In this document: piece after piece, positions 9,374 through 18,694 of the stretch
How positions within the stretch are numbered: the stretch's first letter is position 1
Layout: each line of letters begins with the position of its first letter
Notes under the pieces: model-generated
Database searches by the model: none
Seen by the model: only the letters and a program-made list of their open reading frames with translations
What the model was told of the DNA's origin: nothing
Program-made: the position numbers and the translations under genes
Source of the DNA: an uncultured Blautia sp.
GTDB lineage: Bacteria > Bacillota > Clostridia > Lachnospirales > Lachnospiraceae
Reading direction: 5' to 3'
Length of the DNA stretch: 64,000 nt
Assembly: GCA_900539525.1 (NCBI GenBank)
Contig: UQCM01000009.1
Location: 5,535-69,534, forward strand

Positions 9374-10294
9374 ATGAAAGCATACGATTTTGAGTTTTTA
9401 GAAAAACAGGGCATACAGCCGTCATTAATACAGGAACTGCAGAAATTCAGGAAGGAAAATCCGGTGGATGACGGGGTGATAAACAGACTTGCCCGTCCGG
9501 AAATGCCGTTTTTTGGAAAGGATATTCTGGAAATGGCGATTACAGGGCTGCTGCAGGGGGAGAATCTTCTCCTGAGCGGGGCGAAGGCTACCGGGAAAAA
9601 CATTCTTGCGGAGAATCTGGCATATCTGTTCGGACGTCCTGTCTATAATATCTCTTTTCATGTAAACACAGACAGCAGTGCACTGATCGGAACCGATACC
9701 TTCCGGGACAATGAGGTGCAGCTCAGAAAGGGACCGGTCTATCAGTGTGCGTCCTATGGCGGCTTTGGCATCCTGGACGAAATCAATATGGCCAAAAATG
9801 ATGCGGTTTCTGTCCTGCATGCCACACTGGATTACCGGAGAGTCATAGATGTTCCCGGATACGAGAAGATTGAAGTCCATCCTGCAGCGCGGTTTATCGG
9901 AACGATGAATTACGGATATGCGGGGACGAAGGAGCTGAATGAGGCACTGGTGTCCAGATTTCTTGTGATCAATATGCCGCCTCTGACAGAAGAGCTTCTG
10001 ATGCAGATCATGAAGACCTCTTTTCCGGATGCGAAGTCTGCGGCTCTCCAGCAGTTTTCCGGTCTGTTTCTTGATCTTCAGCTGAAAGCCTCCAATGGTG
10101 AGATCTCAACAAAGCCGCTGGATCTGAGAGGACTCCTGGCAGCGGTCAAGGTCATGAAGGGAGGACTCTCTCCCCAGGTGGCAATTACAATGGGAATCAC
10201 CAATAAGTGCTTTGATGTCTTCGAGAGGGAAATGGTGGAGGATATTGTGATGACAAGGATTCCGTCCGGCTGGACCTGTGCGGATGTCTTTTGA
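9374..10294 (+). CDS. MoxR-like AAA+ ATPase (AAA_5; CbbQ/NorQ/CobS-like)
   Basis: Walker A GAKATGKN and Walker B ILDEI. About 300 aa. Start taken at ATG 9374; the track begins at a TTG at 9356. Confidence 0.75.
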   Translation: MKAYDFEFLEKQGIQPSLIQELQKFRKENPVDDGVINRLARPEMPFFGKDILEMAITGLLQGENLLLSGAKATGKNILAENLAYLFGRPVYNISFHVNTDSSALIGTDTFRDNEVQLRKGPVYQCASYGGFGILDEINMAKNDAVSVLHATLDYRRVIDVPGYEKIEVHPAARFIGTMNYGYAGTKELNEALVSRFLVINMPPLTEELLMQIMKTSFPDAKSAALQQFSGLFLDLQLKASNGEISTKPLDLRGLLAAVKVMKGGLSPQVAITMGITNKCFDVFEREMVEDIVMTRIPSGWTCADVF

Positions 10295-12050
10295 GGAAGA
10301 GCTTATGGATGAATATTATCGAATGGAGGCGGAAAACAGAATCCGCAATCTGATGTGGACGGTGAGCGGCGATTATGCTCTGGATACGGAACCGGATCTT
10401 GCACATTATTCAAGATCAAAGGATATTTCCATTTATGACGCTGTGAAGCAGGGCGCATTTTCGAAATTTTTTGATAAAGAGCAGTTTGGCATGTATATGG
10501 TCAAAAAGGTCTTTCTCGGTGCGGAAGAACCGTCGCTGGTACAGATCGGACAGCTCTGTGTGGACAGTGCGGTTTTCCCGAAGATTGCCCGAGAACGTAT
10601 CGGTGTGCCGGATATCAGGCGCCGGGCCTTCCTGGATCTGCTGGAGTATGACTTTGAAAAGCTGTCAGGCTCTTTTGCGGGGCGGGTCAGGCTGGCTCTG
10701 ATGAGGGGCTATGTGACGGGAGATATGCATGGGGAAAAACGGATCCGGGAGGCTGCCGACAGAATCTGTGCATTGGCAGAGGCAGAGGATACGATGGAAC
10801 TGATCCGCACGGTGGACAGTTTTTACAATACCTATATTGACAGAGGCTTCGAGAAAAAACATGGTGATCTGGAGAAAGTACTGGCAGTGACGATGGAGCA
10901 GCTTCGGACCTTTAACTGGCAGGATTATCTGGATGAGGAGATGCGCCAGGATCAGCTGGAACGCTATCTGAACCGGATGACGGATTCCATGACCAGGTCC
11001 GGTGAGGAGGACAGGGAAAAGAAACAGGGTAAGGGCGGCGTCATTTATCTGGATGAGGCTGCTGTGGAGAAGATGTATTCCTACATTGAACTGAACTATG
11101 GCAGATCCTATCTGAATGAGCAGGAGCAGAAGAGAATCAACAGCAGGGTATGCCGGGGGATCCACGGGGACTGTTCTCTGTACTTTACTGACGGCATTCT
11201 GTCCGGGATGGTAAAAGTGAATTCGCAGTCAGAGTATGCCAGAAAGACAAAAGAAATCAATCTGCGCACCTGGCGGCAGAACAGGCGGGTGACAAAGCGA
11301 AATATCGATCTTCTTTCTGATATGCTGAAGCGGACACTGCTGCTTCGCAGTGAACGTGAGGTATGTCCGGCGGAATACGGAACGATTATACCTAACAGAC
11401 TCTGGAAGATCGGGAGGACTGAGGACAGGAAGCTTTTTGAACGGGAATTTAAAAAGGACAGCTCTGATTTTGTGGTAGATGTGCTGATTGATTCCAGCGG
11501 CTCACAGAGGGTGAGACAGAGTCAGGTGGCATTGCAGGCGTATATCATCAGCGAGGCACTCAGCAAAGTACAGATTCCCCACAGGGTCATGGGATTTTGT
11601 ACCTTCTGGGATTATACCGTCATGCGCAGGTTTCGGGAATATGACGAGGGACGGGAGGCAAATGAGAGGATTTTTGAGTTCTATGGCTCATCAAATAACA
11701 GGGATGGTCTTGCCATCCGGGCGGCAGCACTGGGACTGTCAGAGAGGGCAGAGGAACACAAGATTCTGATCGTGCTGAGTGACGGAAGACCAAATGATAT
11801 CATTGTGAACCGCCCGAACAGCAGGAATCCGAAACCCTATTTTGGCGAGTATGCGGTAAGGGATACTGCGTTCGAGGTGAGGAAGCTGAGAAATACAGGA
11901 ATCGCGGTGCTCGGTGTGTTTGCAGGTGATGAACAGGATCTTCAGGCGGAAAGAAAAATCTTTGGAAAAGATTTTGCATATATCCGGAACATCGGAAATT
12001 TCGCAAATGTAGTGGGAAGGTATCTCCAGAAACAGCTTGAGGACGAATGA
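10284..12050 (+). CDS. Von Willebrand factor A domain protein, partner of the upstream AAA+ ATPase (NorD/CobT/CoxE-like)
   Basis: C-terminal MIDAS-like VDVLIDSSGSQ ... ILIVLSDGRPND. Overlaps the upstream stop by 11 nt (translational coupling). Confidence 0.7.
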   Translation: MSFEEELMDEYYRMEAENRIRNLMWTVSGDYALDTEPDLAHYSRSKDISIYDAVKQGAFSKFFDKEQFGMYMVKKVFLGAEEPSLVQIGQLCVDSAVFPKIARERIGVPDIRRRAFLDLLEYDFEKLSGSFAGRVRLALMRGYVTGDMHGEKRIREAADRICALAEAEDTMELIRTVDSFYNTYIDRGFEKKHGDLEKVLAVTMEQLRTFNWQDYLDEEMRQDQLERYLNRMTDSMTRSGEEDREKKQGKGGVIYLDEAAVEKMYSYIELNYGRSYLNEQEQKRINSRVCRGIHGDCSLYFTDGILSGMVKVNSQSEYARKTKEINLRTWRQNRRVTKRNIDLLSDMLKRTLLLRSEREVCPAEYGTIIPNRLWKIGRTEDRKLFEREFKKDSSDFVVDVLIDSSGSQRVRQSQVALQAYIISEALSKVQIPHRVMGFCTFWDYTVMRRFREYDEGREANERIFEFYGSSNNRDGLAIRAAALGLSERAEEHKILIVLSDGRPNDIIVNRPNSRNPKPYFGEYAVRDTAFEVRKLRNTGIAVLGVFAGDEQDLQAERKIFGKDFAYIRNIGNFANVVGRYLQKQLEDE

Positions 12051-12116
12051 TTGCCCCGGACTGTTTATAGAGCAGAGCGCAGATATATCCACTGTCATGC
12101 GAGCAAAGTGAGAGTC

Positions 12117-12177
12117 CTGCATGTGCAAAAGGAAAGCCTCACAGAGGCGATCTTGCGAATGGACTCTGAACAGTTAC
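12117..12177. repeat. Family-1 MITE 3' half (internal module C plus the right TIR GACTCTGAACAGTTAC)
   Basis: About 85% identical to 455-517. Confidence 0.55.
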
Positions 12178-12201
12178 GAATAAAAATAAGGCGGATAGAG
12201 A

Positions 12202-13434
12202 ATGAGTAAAGTGATAATCATTGGCGGCGGAGCTGCCGGAATGTTTGCCGCAGTGACGGCAGCAGAAAACAGACATGAGGTCCATGTGTATGAAAAAAAT
12301 GAAAAGCTTGGAAAGAAGCTGTATATTACAGGAAAGGGCAGATGTAACCTGACGAATGCCTGTGATATGGAAGAGCTGTTTGAGGCAGTATGTACGAACG
12401 GGAAATTTCTGTACAGTGCATTTTATGGTTTTACGAATCAGGATGCGATCCGGTTTTTCGAGGAAAGCGGTCTTCTGACGAAGGTAGAGAGAGGAAACAG
12501 GGTATTTCCGGAATCCGATCACTCCTCGGATGTGATCAGTGTCCTGCAGCGTCAGATGAAGAAGCGTGGTGTGCAGATCCATTTGAATACAGGGGTAAAG
12601 GAGGTTCTCGCTGAGGAAGGACATGTAAAAGGCATTCTTACAGCAGATGGGAAAAAAGTGGATGCAGATGCAGTCATCATTGCTACAGGAGGATTCTCTT
12701 ATCAGAGTACGGGATCGGATGGTGACGGCTACCGGTTTGCCAGAGAACTTGGACACCGTGTGACAGAGCTGTCACCATCACTGGTTCCTCTGAACGTTAA
12801 GGAAGAGACCGTGCGGCATCTGCAGGGGCTTTCTCTTAAAAATATCAGGGTTTCTGTCTTTGACGGAAAGAAATGTCTGTATGAGGATTTTGGTGAAATG
12901 ATGTTTACACATTTTGGGGTGACAGGGCCTCTGATCCTTACAGCAAGCAGCCGGATACAGAAGCAGCTGAAAAAGAAGGAGCTGGTTCTGTCTATCGATC
13001 TGAAGCCTGCCCTGTCCGAAGAACAGCTGGATCACAGACTGCTGAAGGACTTTGAGGAGGCAAAGAATAAGCAGTTTAAAAATGCGCTGAACGGGCTTTT
13101 TCCTGCGAAGCTGATACCTGTCATGGTAGAAAAGTCCGGAATCCTTCCGGAGAAAAAGGTCAATGAGATCTCCAGGGAAGAAAGACATCATTTTTTGCAG
13201 CTGATAAAAAATTTCAGGTTGACCATCACGGGATTCAGAGGATATAATGAGGCTATTATCACAAAAGGCGGTGTTCACGTAAAAGAGATCAATCCATCCA
13301 CCATGGAGTCCAGAATCGTTTCCGGTGTATATTTTGCCGGGGAGGTGCTGGATCTGGATGCAGTGACAGGAGGGTTTAATCTCCAGATCGCGTGGTCAAC
13401 GGCTTATGCCGCGGGAATGAGCATTCCGCAGTAA
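12202..13434 (+). CDS. HI0933/BaiN-like NAD(P)/FAD-dependent flavoprotein (aminoacetone oxidase family)
   Basis: N-terminal VIIIGGGAAGMFAA dinucleotide-binding motif. 410 aa. Confidence 0.8.
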   Translation: MSKVIIIGGGAAGMFAAVTAAENRHEVHVYEKNEKLGKKLYITGKGRCNLTNACDMEELFEAVCTNGKFLYSAFYGFTNQDAIRFFEESGLLTKVERGNRVFPESDHSSDVISVLQRQMKKRGVQIHLNTGVKEVLAEEGHVKGILTADGKKVDADAVIIATGGFSYQSTGSDGDGYRFARELGHRVTELSPSLVPLNVKEETVRHLQGLSLKNIRVSVFDGKKCLYEDFGEMMFTHFGVTGPLILTASSRIQKQLKKKELVLSIDLKPALSEEQLDHRLLKDFEEAKNKQFKNALNGLFPAKLIPVMVEKSGILPEKKVNEISREERHHFLQLIKNFRLTITGFRGYNEAIITKGGVHVKEINPSTMESRIVSGVYFAGEVLDLDAVTGGFNLQIAWSTAYAAGMSIPQ

Positions 13435-13455
13435 GAGATGATGAGGAGGTTTTCG

Positions 13456-14133
13456 ATGAGTTTTAATATAGCTATAGACGGCCCTGCGGGAGCCGGAAAA
13501 AGCACGATTGCAAAAAAAGTTGCAAAAGAGCTGTCGTTCATTTATGTAGATACCGGAGCGATGTACCGGGCGATTGCCCTTCATCTGCTCAGAAATGGAA
13601 TATCACCGGATGATGAAGAGCGTCTCACGGAAGCCTGCAGGCAGATCACGGTCAGTATAGAGTATCAGAACGGTGAGCAGCAGGTCATCTTAAATGGTGA
13701 AAATGTCACAGGAGAGATCCGGACAGAGGAAGTTGGAAACATGGCTTCTGCAGCGTCTGCAAAGCCGTGTGTAAGACAGGCATTGCTGAGTATTCAGAGA
13801 GATCTGGCGGCAAAGGCAGATGTACTGATGGATGGAAGAGATATCGGAACCAACATCCTGCCGGATGCCCAGCTGAAGATCTATCTGACGGCAAGCACAG
13901 AAACCAGGGCAAGGCGCCGCTTCCTGGAACTTCGGGAAAAGGGAGAAGCATGCGATCTGGCATCCATCGAGCGTGATATTGAGGAAAGAGACAGAAGGGA
14001 CATGACCAGGCAGATCGCACCCCTTTGTCAGGCGAAAGATGCCATACTGGTGGATTCTTCAGACATGAGTATTGATGAGGTGGTAACATGTATTATATCG
14101 TTGTATCATGATGCCAGGGTCAAAAGGTCATGA
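13456..14133 (+). CDS. cmk: Cytidylate kinase
   Basis: IAIDGPAGAGKSTIAK motif. Start placed at the ATG with a GAGGAGG RBS. Confidence 0.9.
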   Translation: MSFNIAIDGPAGAGKSTIAKKVAKELSFIYVDTGAMYRAIALHLLRNGISPDDEERLTEACRQITVSIEYQNGEQQVILNGENVTGEIRTEEVGNMASAASAKPCVRQALLSIQRDLAAKADVLMDGRDIGTNILPDAQLKIYLTASTETRARRRFLELREKGEACDLASIERDIEERDRRDMTRQIAPLCQAKDAILVDSSDMSIDEVVTCIISLYHDARVKRS

Positions 14134-14182
14134 TTTTCATGCAGATAGATACCGGAAAATTGAAATCACGGAGGCTTTAAAG

Positions 14183-15028
14183 ATGAAAGTAAAAGTAGCC
14201 AAAACCGCCGGCTTCTGCTTTGGCGTGAAACGTGCCGTCGATAAAGTTTATGAACAGGTTGAAAAATCGGAAGTTCCTATTTACACCTATGGTCCGATCA
14301 TCCACAACGAAGAAGTGGTAAAGGATCTGGAAGCCAGGGGCGTAAAAGTGATCAATGGGAAAGAAGAACTGGAAAGACTGGAAAGGGGGACGGTAGTCAT
14401 CCGTTCCCACGGAGTATCCGAAGAGATTCAGAGGCTGATCGAGGAGAAGGGACTGCAGCTGGTTGATGCAACCTGTCCTTTTGTAAAGAAGATCCATAAG
14501 ATCGTAAAGAAAGAAAGTCACGAGGGGGCTCATATCGTCATTATCGGAAACAGCAGTCATCCGGAGGTAGAAGGTATCAAAGGATGGTGTGAAGGGACAG
14601 TTACCGTACTGGAATCAGAGGAAGAGGCACAGAATTTTACCTGTGACGGGCAAAAAAAGCTCTGTCTGGTGTCTCAGACGACATTTAATTACAATAAATT
14701 TCATAAATTAGTTGAAATTATTTCCGAAAAGGGGTATGATATACTTGTTTTAAATACGATCTGCAATGCGACGGAAGAACGTCAGACTGAGGCCAGGAGC
14801 ATTGCGCGGGAATCGGACGGTATGATCGTCATTGGCGGCAGGCACAGTTCCAATACCCAGAAGTTATTTGAAATATGCAAGAAAGAATGTGAAAATACTT
14901 ACTTTATACAGACACTCGATGATTTGGATGTAGACTGGCTGCACTCCATGAGTTGCGTAGGTATTACCGCAGGGGCTTCAACCCCAAATAATATAATTGA
15001 GGAGGTTCTGAAAGAATGTCAGAAATGA
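14183..15028 (+). CDS. ispH: 4-hydroxy-3-methylbut-2-enyl diphosphate reductase
   Basis: MKVKVAKTAGFCFGVKRAV. Conserved cmk-ispH-rpsA arrangement. Confidence 0.9.
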   Translation: MKVKVAKTAGFCFGVKRAVDKVYEQVEKSEVPIYTYGPIIHNEEVVKDLEARGVKVINGKEELERLERGTVVIRSHGVSEEIQRLIEEKGLQLVDATCPFVKKIHKIVKKESHEGAHIVIIGNSSHPEVEGIKGWCEGTVTVLESEEEAQNFTCDGQKKLCLVSQTTFNYNKFHKLVEIISEKGYDILVLNTICNATEERQTEARSIARESDGMIVIGGRHSSNTQKLFEICKKECENTYFIQTLDDLDVDWLHSMSCVGITAGASTPNNIIEEVLKECQK

Positions 15029-16098
15029 GCTTTGAGCAGATGCTGGACGAGTCGTTCAAAACAATTCATAATGGGGAGGTAGTCGAGGGTACAGTTATTG
15101 ATGTTAAAGAAGACGAGATCATCTTAAACATCGGTTATAAAGCTGATGGTATCATCAGTAAGAGCGAGTACTCCAATGACTCTAGTATTGATCTTCGTGA
15201 AGTTGTTCATGTAAACGACAAGATGGAAGCAAAGGTCCTGAAAGTAAACGATGGTGAGGGTCAGGTTTCACTTACCTACAAGAGACTCGCAGCAGAAAAA
15301 GGAAACAAGAGATTAGAGGAGGCTTTCGAATCACATGAAGTTCTGAAGGCTCCGGTAGCACAGGTATTAGACGGTGGACTGAGTGTCATCGTGGATGAAG
15401 CAAGAGTATTCATCCCGGCAAGTCTGGTATCCGATACTTATGAGAAGAATCTTGCAAAATATGCAGGTCAGGAAATTGAATTCGTTATCAGCGAGTTCAA
15501 TCCGCGCAGAAGAAGAATCATCGGCGACAGAAAACAGCTCCTTGTTGCGAAAAAGGCAGAGATGCAGAAAGAACTGTTTGCAAGAATCAATATTGGCGAT
15601 GTAGTTGAAGGTGTTGTTAAGAATGTGACAGATTTTGGAGCATTCATTGACCTGGGAGGAGCAGACGGTCTGCTTCACATCTCCGAAATGTCCTGGGGAC
15701 GCGTGGAGAATCCGAAGAAGGTATTCAAGGTTGGCGAGAAGCTTTCCGTTCTGATCAAAGACATCAGCGGCGAGAAGATTGCACTGAGCCTGAAGTTTGA
15801 GGATCAGAATCCATGGCTGACAGCAGCAGAGAAATATGCAGTAGGAAATGTAGTAGAAGGAAAGGTTGCCAGAATGACAGATTTCGGTGCTTTCGTAGAG
15901 TTAGAGCCGGGTGTGGATGCACTTCTTCACGTTTCACAGATTTCTCATGAGCATGTAGACAAGCCGTCTGATGTACTGAATGTTGGTCAGATCATCAGCG
16001 CTAAGGTTGTAGATTTCAACGAAGCTGACAGAAAGATCAGCCTGAGTATGAAAGCACTGGAGACAGCTGCTCCTGCTGAGGAAGCCGTAGAAGAGTAA
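15016..16098 (+). CDS. rpsA: 30S ribosomal protein S1 (four S1 domains)
   Basis: Repeated S1-domain motifs (GxV.G.V..I..FGAFV). Confidence 0.85.
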   Translation: MSEMSFEQMLDESFKTIHNGEVVEGTVIDVKEDEIILNIGYKADGIISKSEYSNDSSIDLREVVHVNDKMEAKVLKVNDGEGQVSLTYKRLAAEKGNKRLEEAFESHEVLKAPVAQVLDGGLSVIVDEARVFIPASLVSDTYEKNLAKYAGQEIEFVISEFNPRRRRIIGDRKQLLVAKKAEMQKELFARINIGDVVEGVVKNVTDFGAFIDLGGADGLLHISEMSWGRVENPKKVFKVGEKLSVLIKDISGEKIALSLKFEDQNPWLTAAEKYAVGNVVEGKVARMTDFGAFVELEPGVDALLHVSQISHEHVDKPSDVLNVGQIISAKVVDFNEADRKISLSMKALETAAPAEEAVEE

Positions 16099-16124
16099 AT
16101 CGTTTATTTGCAATGTATAATGAA

Positions 16125-16155
16125 GGGATATCTCATGTGAGGTATCCCTTTTTTT
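16125..16155 (+). terminator. Rho-independent terminator after rpsA
   Basis: GGGATATCTCA..TGAGGTATCCC stem followed by TTTTTTT. Confidence 0.7.
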
Positions 16156-16358
16156 GCCCGTTTTCCAGTGATTAAGACTCGTTTACAAAACAATGATGAT
16201 TTTGTTTTCTCTTCAAGATAGAATAATATGAGCCAAGGGACAAATGGACATAAAAATCCGAAGGCATCATGGGGTCAAAAGATCTTTTCCCCATGATACC
16301 GAGGATTTATGAATAACGGATTCATATAATAGTCAGAAAATGAGGGGAGAAATTTCGA

Positions 16359-17327
16359 ATGATGAGACAGGAAAACAGAAATCACAGGATAAGGGAACGG
16401 GAAAGGTTTCGCAGAATGGAAAGAAGGAGAAGAAGGGTGCGGAGGATACGCAGAGCCATTGTCTGTATGTTCAGCCTGATGATGATACTGATCCTGCTTG
16501 GAATCATCACGCATATGTTGAAACCGTTCAGAGAGATGCCGAATACGGACAGGATAAAACACGCAGTGGTTGCATTTGAACAGGAGAACATTTTGGGAGA
16601 AACTGATTCAGAAAGCAATATGAAATATGAGATTCCCTGGCTGGACGAACTGAAAGCAATGGAGAAGCAGGACGGGCGTATCAGGGGTGTAGTAGAACAT
16701 GCAGAGGAATATCCGGAAAAGGTATTAAAGATGCTTGCAAAGAATATTGAAACACTGGATTTTGTACTGAATTATTTTGATAAAAAGGATCTGCCCTGTT
16801 CGGAAACCATCGGAGAACTTGAAATGAACGGTGAGATTCCTTTGCTCATCCAGTGGGATGAGCGGTGGGGATATGGTTCTTATGGAAGCAGCATGGTAGC
16901 TGTCAGCGGCTGCGGGCCCGCCTGTATCGCTATGGTGGCATCCGGGCTGACCGGAAGGACAGATATTACCCCGTATTCGGTGGCATCCTACAGCGAAGAA
17001 AACGGCTTTCTGACACCGGAGCTTGATACCAGCTGGGATCTGATGACCTACGGCTGTGAAGTATTTGGTATTACCGGTACGATGCTGGGACTGGACGAAG
17101 CGGCTATGGCAAATACGCTGAACGGGGGCTGTCCGATTATATGCAGCATGGGTCCGGGAGACTTTACGGAAAGTGGACATTTTATAGTGCTTACATCCTA
17201 TGAGGCCGGAGCCTTCCATGTGAACGACCCCAACAGCCGGATCCGAAGCGGGCAAATCTGGAGCTATGAAACGCTGAAAGATCAGATTGTAAATATGTGG
17301 TATTATACGGTTACAGGCGATGATTAA
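16359..17327 (+). CDS. Membrane-anchored C39-like (papain-fold) peptidase-domain protein with an Arg-rich N-terminal tail
   Basis: SGCGPACIAMVASG catalytic-Cys motif of Peptidase_C39_2. One TM helix after a 30-aa poly-Arg segment. RBS GAGGGGAG. Confidence 0.6.
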   Translation: MMRQENRNHRIRERERFRRMERRRRRVRRIRRAIVCMFSLMMILILLGIITHMLKPFREMPNTDRIKHAVVAFEQENILGETDSESNMKYEIPWLDELKAMEKQDGRIRGVVEHAEEYPEKVLKMLAKNIETLDFVLNYFDKKDLPCSETIGELEMNGEIPLLIQWDERWGYGSYGSSMVAVSGCGPACIAMVASGLTGRTDITPYSVASYSEENGFLTPELDTSWDLMTYGCEVFGITGTMLGLDEAAMANTLNGGCPIICSMGPGDFTESGHFIVLTSYEAGAFHVNDPNSRIRSGQIWSYETLKDQIVNMWYYTVTGDD

Positions 17328-17399
17328 GAACAAGTTTCCTGTTTGTTACTGGTCTTTTACTATCGCAGTGCGAGATTATGCAGTATGCATCCTGCCTGT

Positions 17400-17456
17400 G
17401 CAGAAACCTTGCGTGTTACTGGCCACAGAGTGAACAGTAACACGCAAGATTTCTGC
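17400..17456. terminator. 27-bp-stem hairpin plus T-tract, built around the family-2 TIR hairpin (GTTACTGGCCAC-AGA-GTGAACAGTAAC)
   Basis: Near-perfect inverted repeat GCAGAAACCTTGCGTGTTACTGGCCAC / GTGAACAGTAACACGCAAGATTTCTGC followed by TTTTATTTTT. Degenerate element remnants lie upstream at 17344-17399. Confidence 0.6.
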
Positions 17457-17508
17457 TTTTATTTTTGGGAGATTGTGCTATAATGGAACATAGGAAAAAG
17501 ACTTCAGC

Positions 17509-18585
17509 CTAAACATGTTTCAGAAGTCCTGAAAGGTATTGCTCCAGTGCCCGGGTATCCGAAAGAAATTCGGGAGTACATTCCATGAAGTAAGAGACAT
17601 CCTTGTAGTCTTTTTTAAATAAGGGGGTAACGGCTGTGTCATATACGGGAAGAAAGCAGCCGTTTTTTCTGCAGTAGCAGGTGGAGGCTTTTGCAGGAAC
17701 ACGATGCTCCCTGTCTACATAAGACGCAACACTTTTGTGGATGGCAGTATCCTCCAATGGCAGGTAGTAATAGTTTTTATAATCATTAAAAAAATATTTC
17801 AGATTTCCCCGGAATCCATGGATACTCATTCTGCAGGAAGATCCACAGGCAGTCAGATATCCGTGTTCCAGCGGGACGGAGATCTGCTTCGGAACAGGTG
17901 TCTTAAGAGTAAGAGAAAGGAGAAGCTGAAAAGAATTCTCATCTTCTTCCATCTGTGAAACTCCGGAAAGCTCGAATTTTCCATCCAGCAGATCTGAATA
18001 GGAGAAGAGGGAAAAGAGCGATGCGGTTCCCAGAAGATCATCATGATTATGGAGAAGCAGGATTTCCTGTAAGTCGTATGCTCCGGTCTGAGCAAACTGA
18101 TGGTAGACGGAAATCAGTTTTCCACCATCCATAGTATCCTTTCTGGATACGGAGAGAAATTCTTCCAGAGATTTCAGGTTCATGGCAGAAAGCTTCAGAA
18201 GTTTTTTCAAAGGCCGGAATGTCCTGTATAAATCAATACTTTGCAGATTTTCCGGAAAAAAAGGAAGCTCGAGAGCTGTACACCTTTTCATGAGATAGGG
18301 GAGATCAAAGGCATCTCCATTAAAATGTACCAGAACTTGAAAGTCTTTCATAAAATAAAAGAAGGACGTGAGGAGCTCCTTCTCATCCTCCGGTGTTTCA
18401 CTGAGCCACTGGGTCATTTTCCAGTTGTTTTCTTCCGGGAACAGGACACCGATGAGGTAGGTAAAAGAGCTTTCAGGAGAGAAGCCTGTCGTTTCGATAT
18501 CAAAGATGACGGGTTTACCGAATGTTGAATAACGATCAGGAAATTCAAAAGCGGGAGTCCCGTATATTTCTGTTTTGGTTATCAT
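17509..18585 (-). CDS. RNase H-like 3'-5' exonuclease domain protein (YprB-like) with a Cys-rich C-terminal region
   Basis: FDIETTGFSPE DEDD-type motif. Start set at the internal ATG with a GGAGGAATTTTT RBS. Confidence 0.6.
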   Translation of the reverse strand: MITKTEIYGTPAFEFPDRYSTFGKPVIFDIETTGFSPESSFTYLIGVLFPEENNWKMTQWLSETPEDEKELLTSFFYFMKDFQVLVHFNGDAFDLPYLMKRCTALELPFFPENLQSIDLYRTFRPLKKLLKLSAMNLKSLEEFLSVSRKDTMDGGKLISVYHQFAQTGAYDLQEILLLHNHDDLLGTASLFSLFSYSDLLDGKFELSGVSQMEEDENSFQLLLSLTLKTPVPKQISVPLEHGYLTACGSSCRMSIHGFRGNLKYFFNDYKNYYYLPLEDTAIHKSVASYVDREHRVPAKASTCYCRKNGCFLPVYDTAVTPLFKKDYKDVSYFMECTPEFLSDTRALEQYLSGLLKHV

Positions 18586-18694
18586 AAAAATTCCTCCATA
18601 AAGGTTGAGCTGAAGACAGTATATCGCATTTTCCGGATTTCTCAAAGAAGAAAGTAGAAATGAACGGAAATGACAGAATGAAAGGAAAGTATGT

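Noticed and set aside
16359-16450. The poly-Arg N-terminus of the C39-like protein as a separate small basic-peptide gene
   Set aside because: It is in frame and continuous with the TM and peptidase domains, with no internal stop. The more economical reading is a single ORF, possibly with a downstream alternative start.
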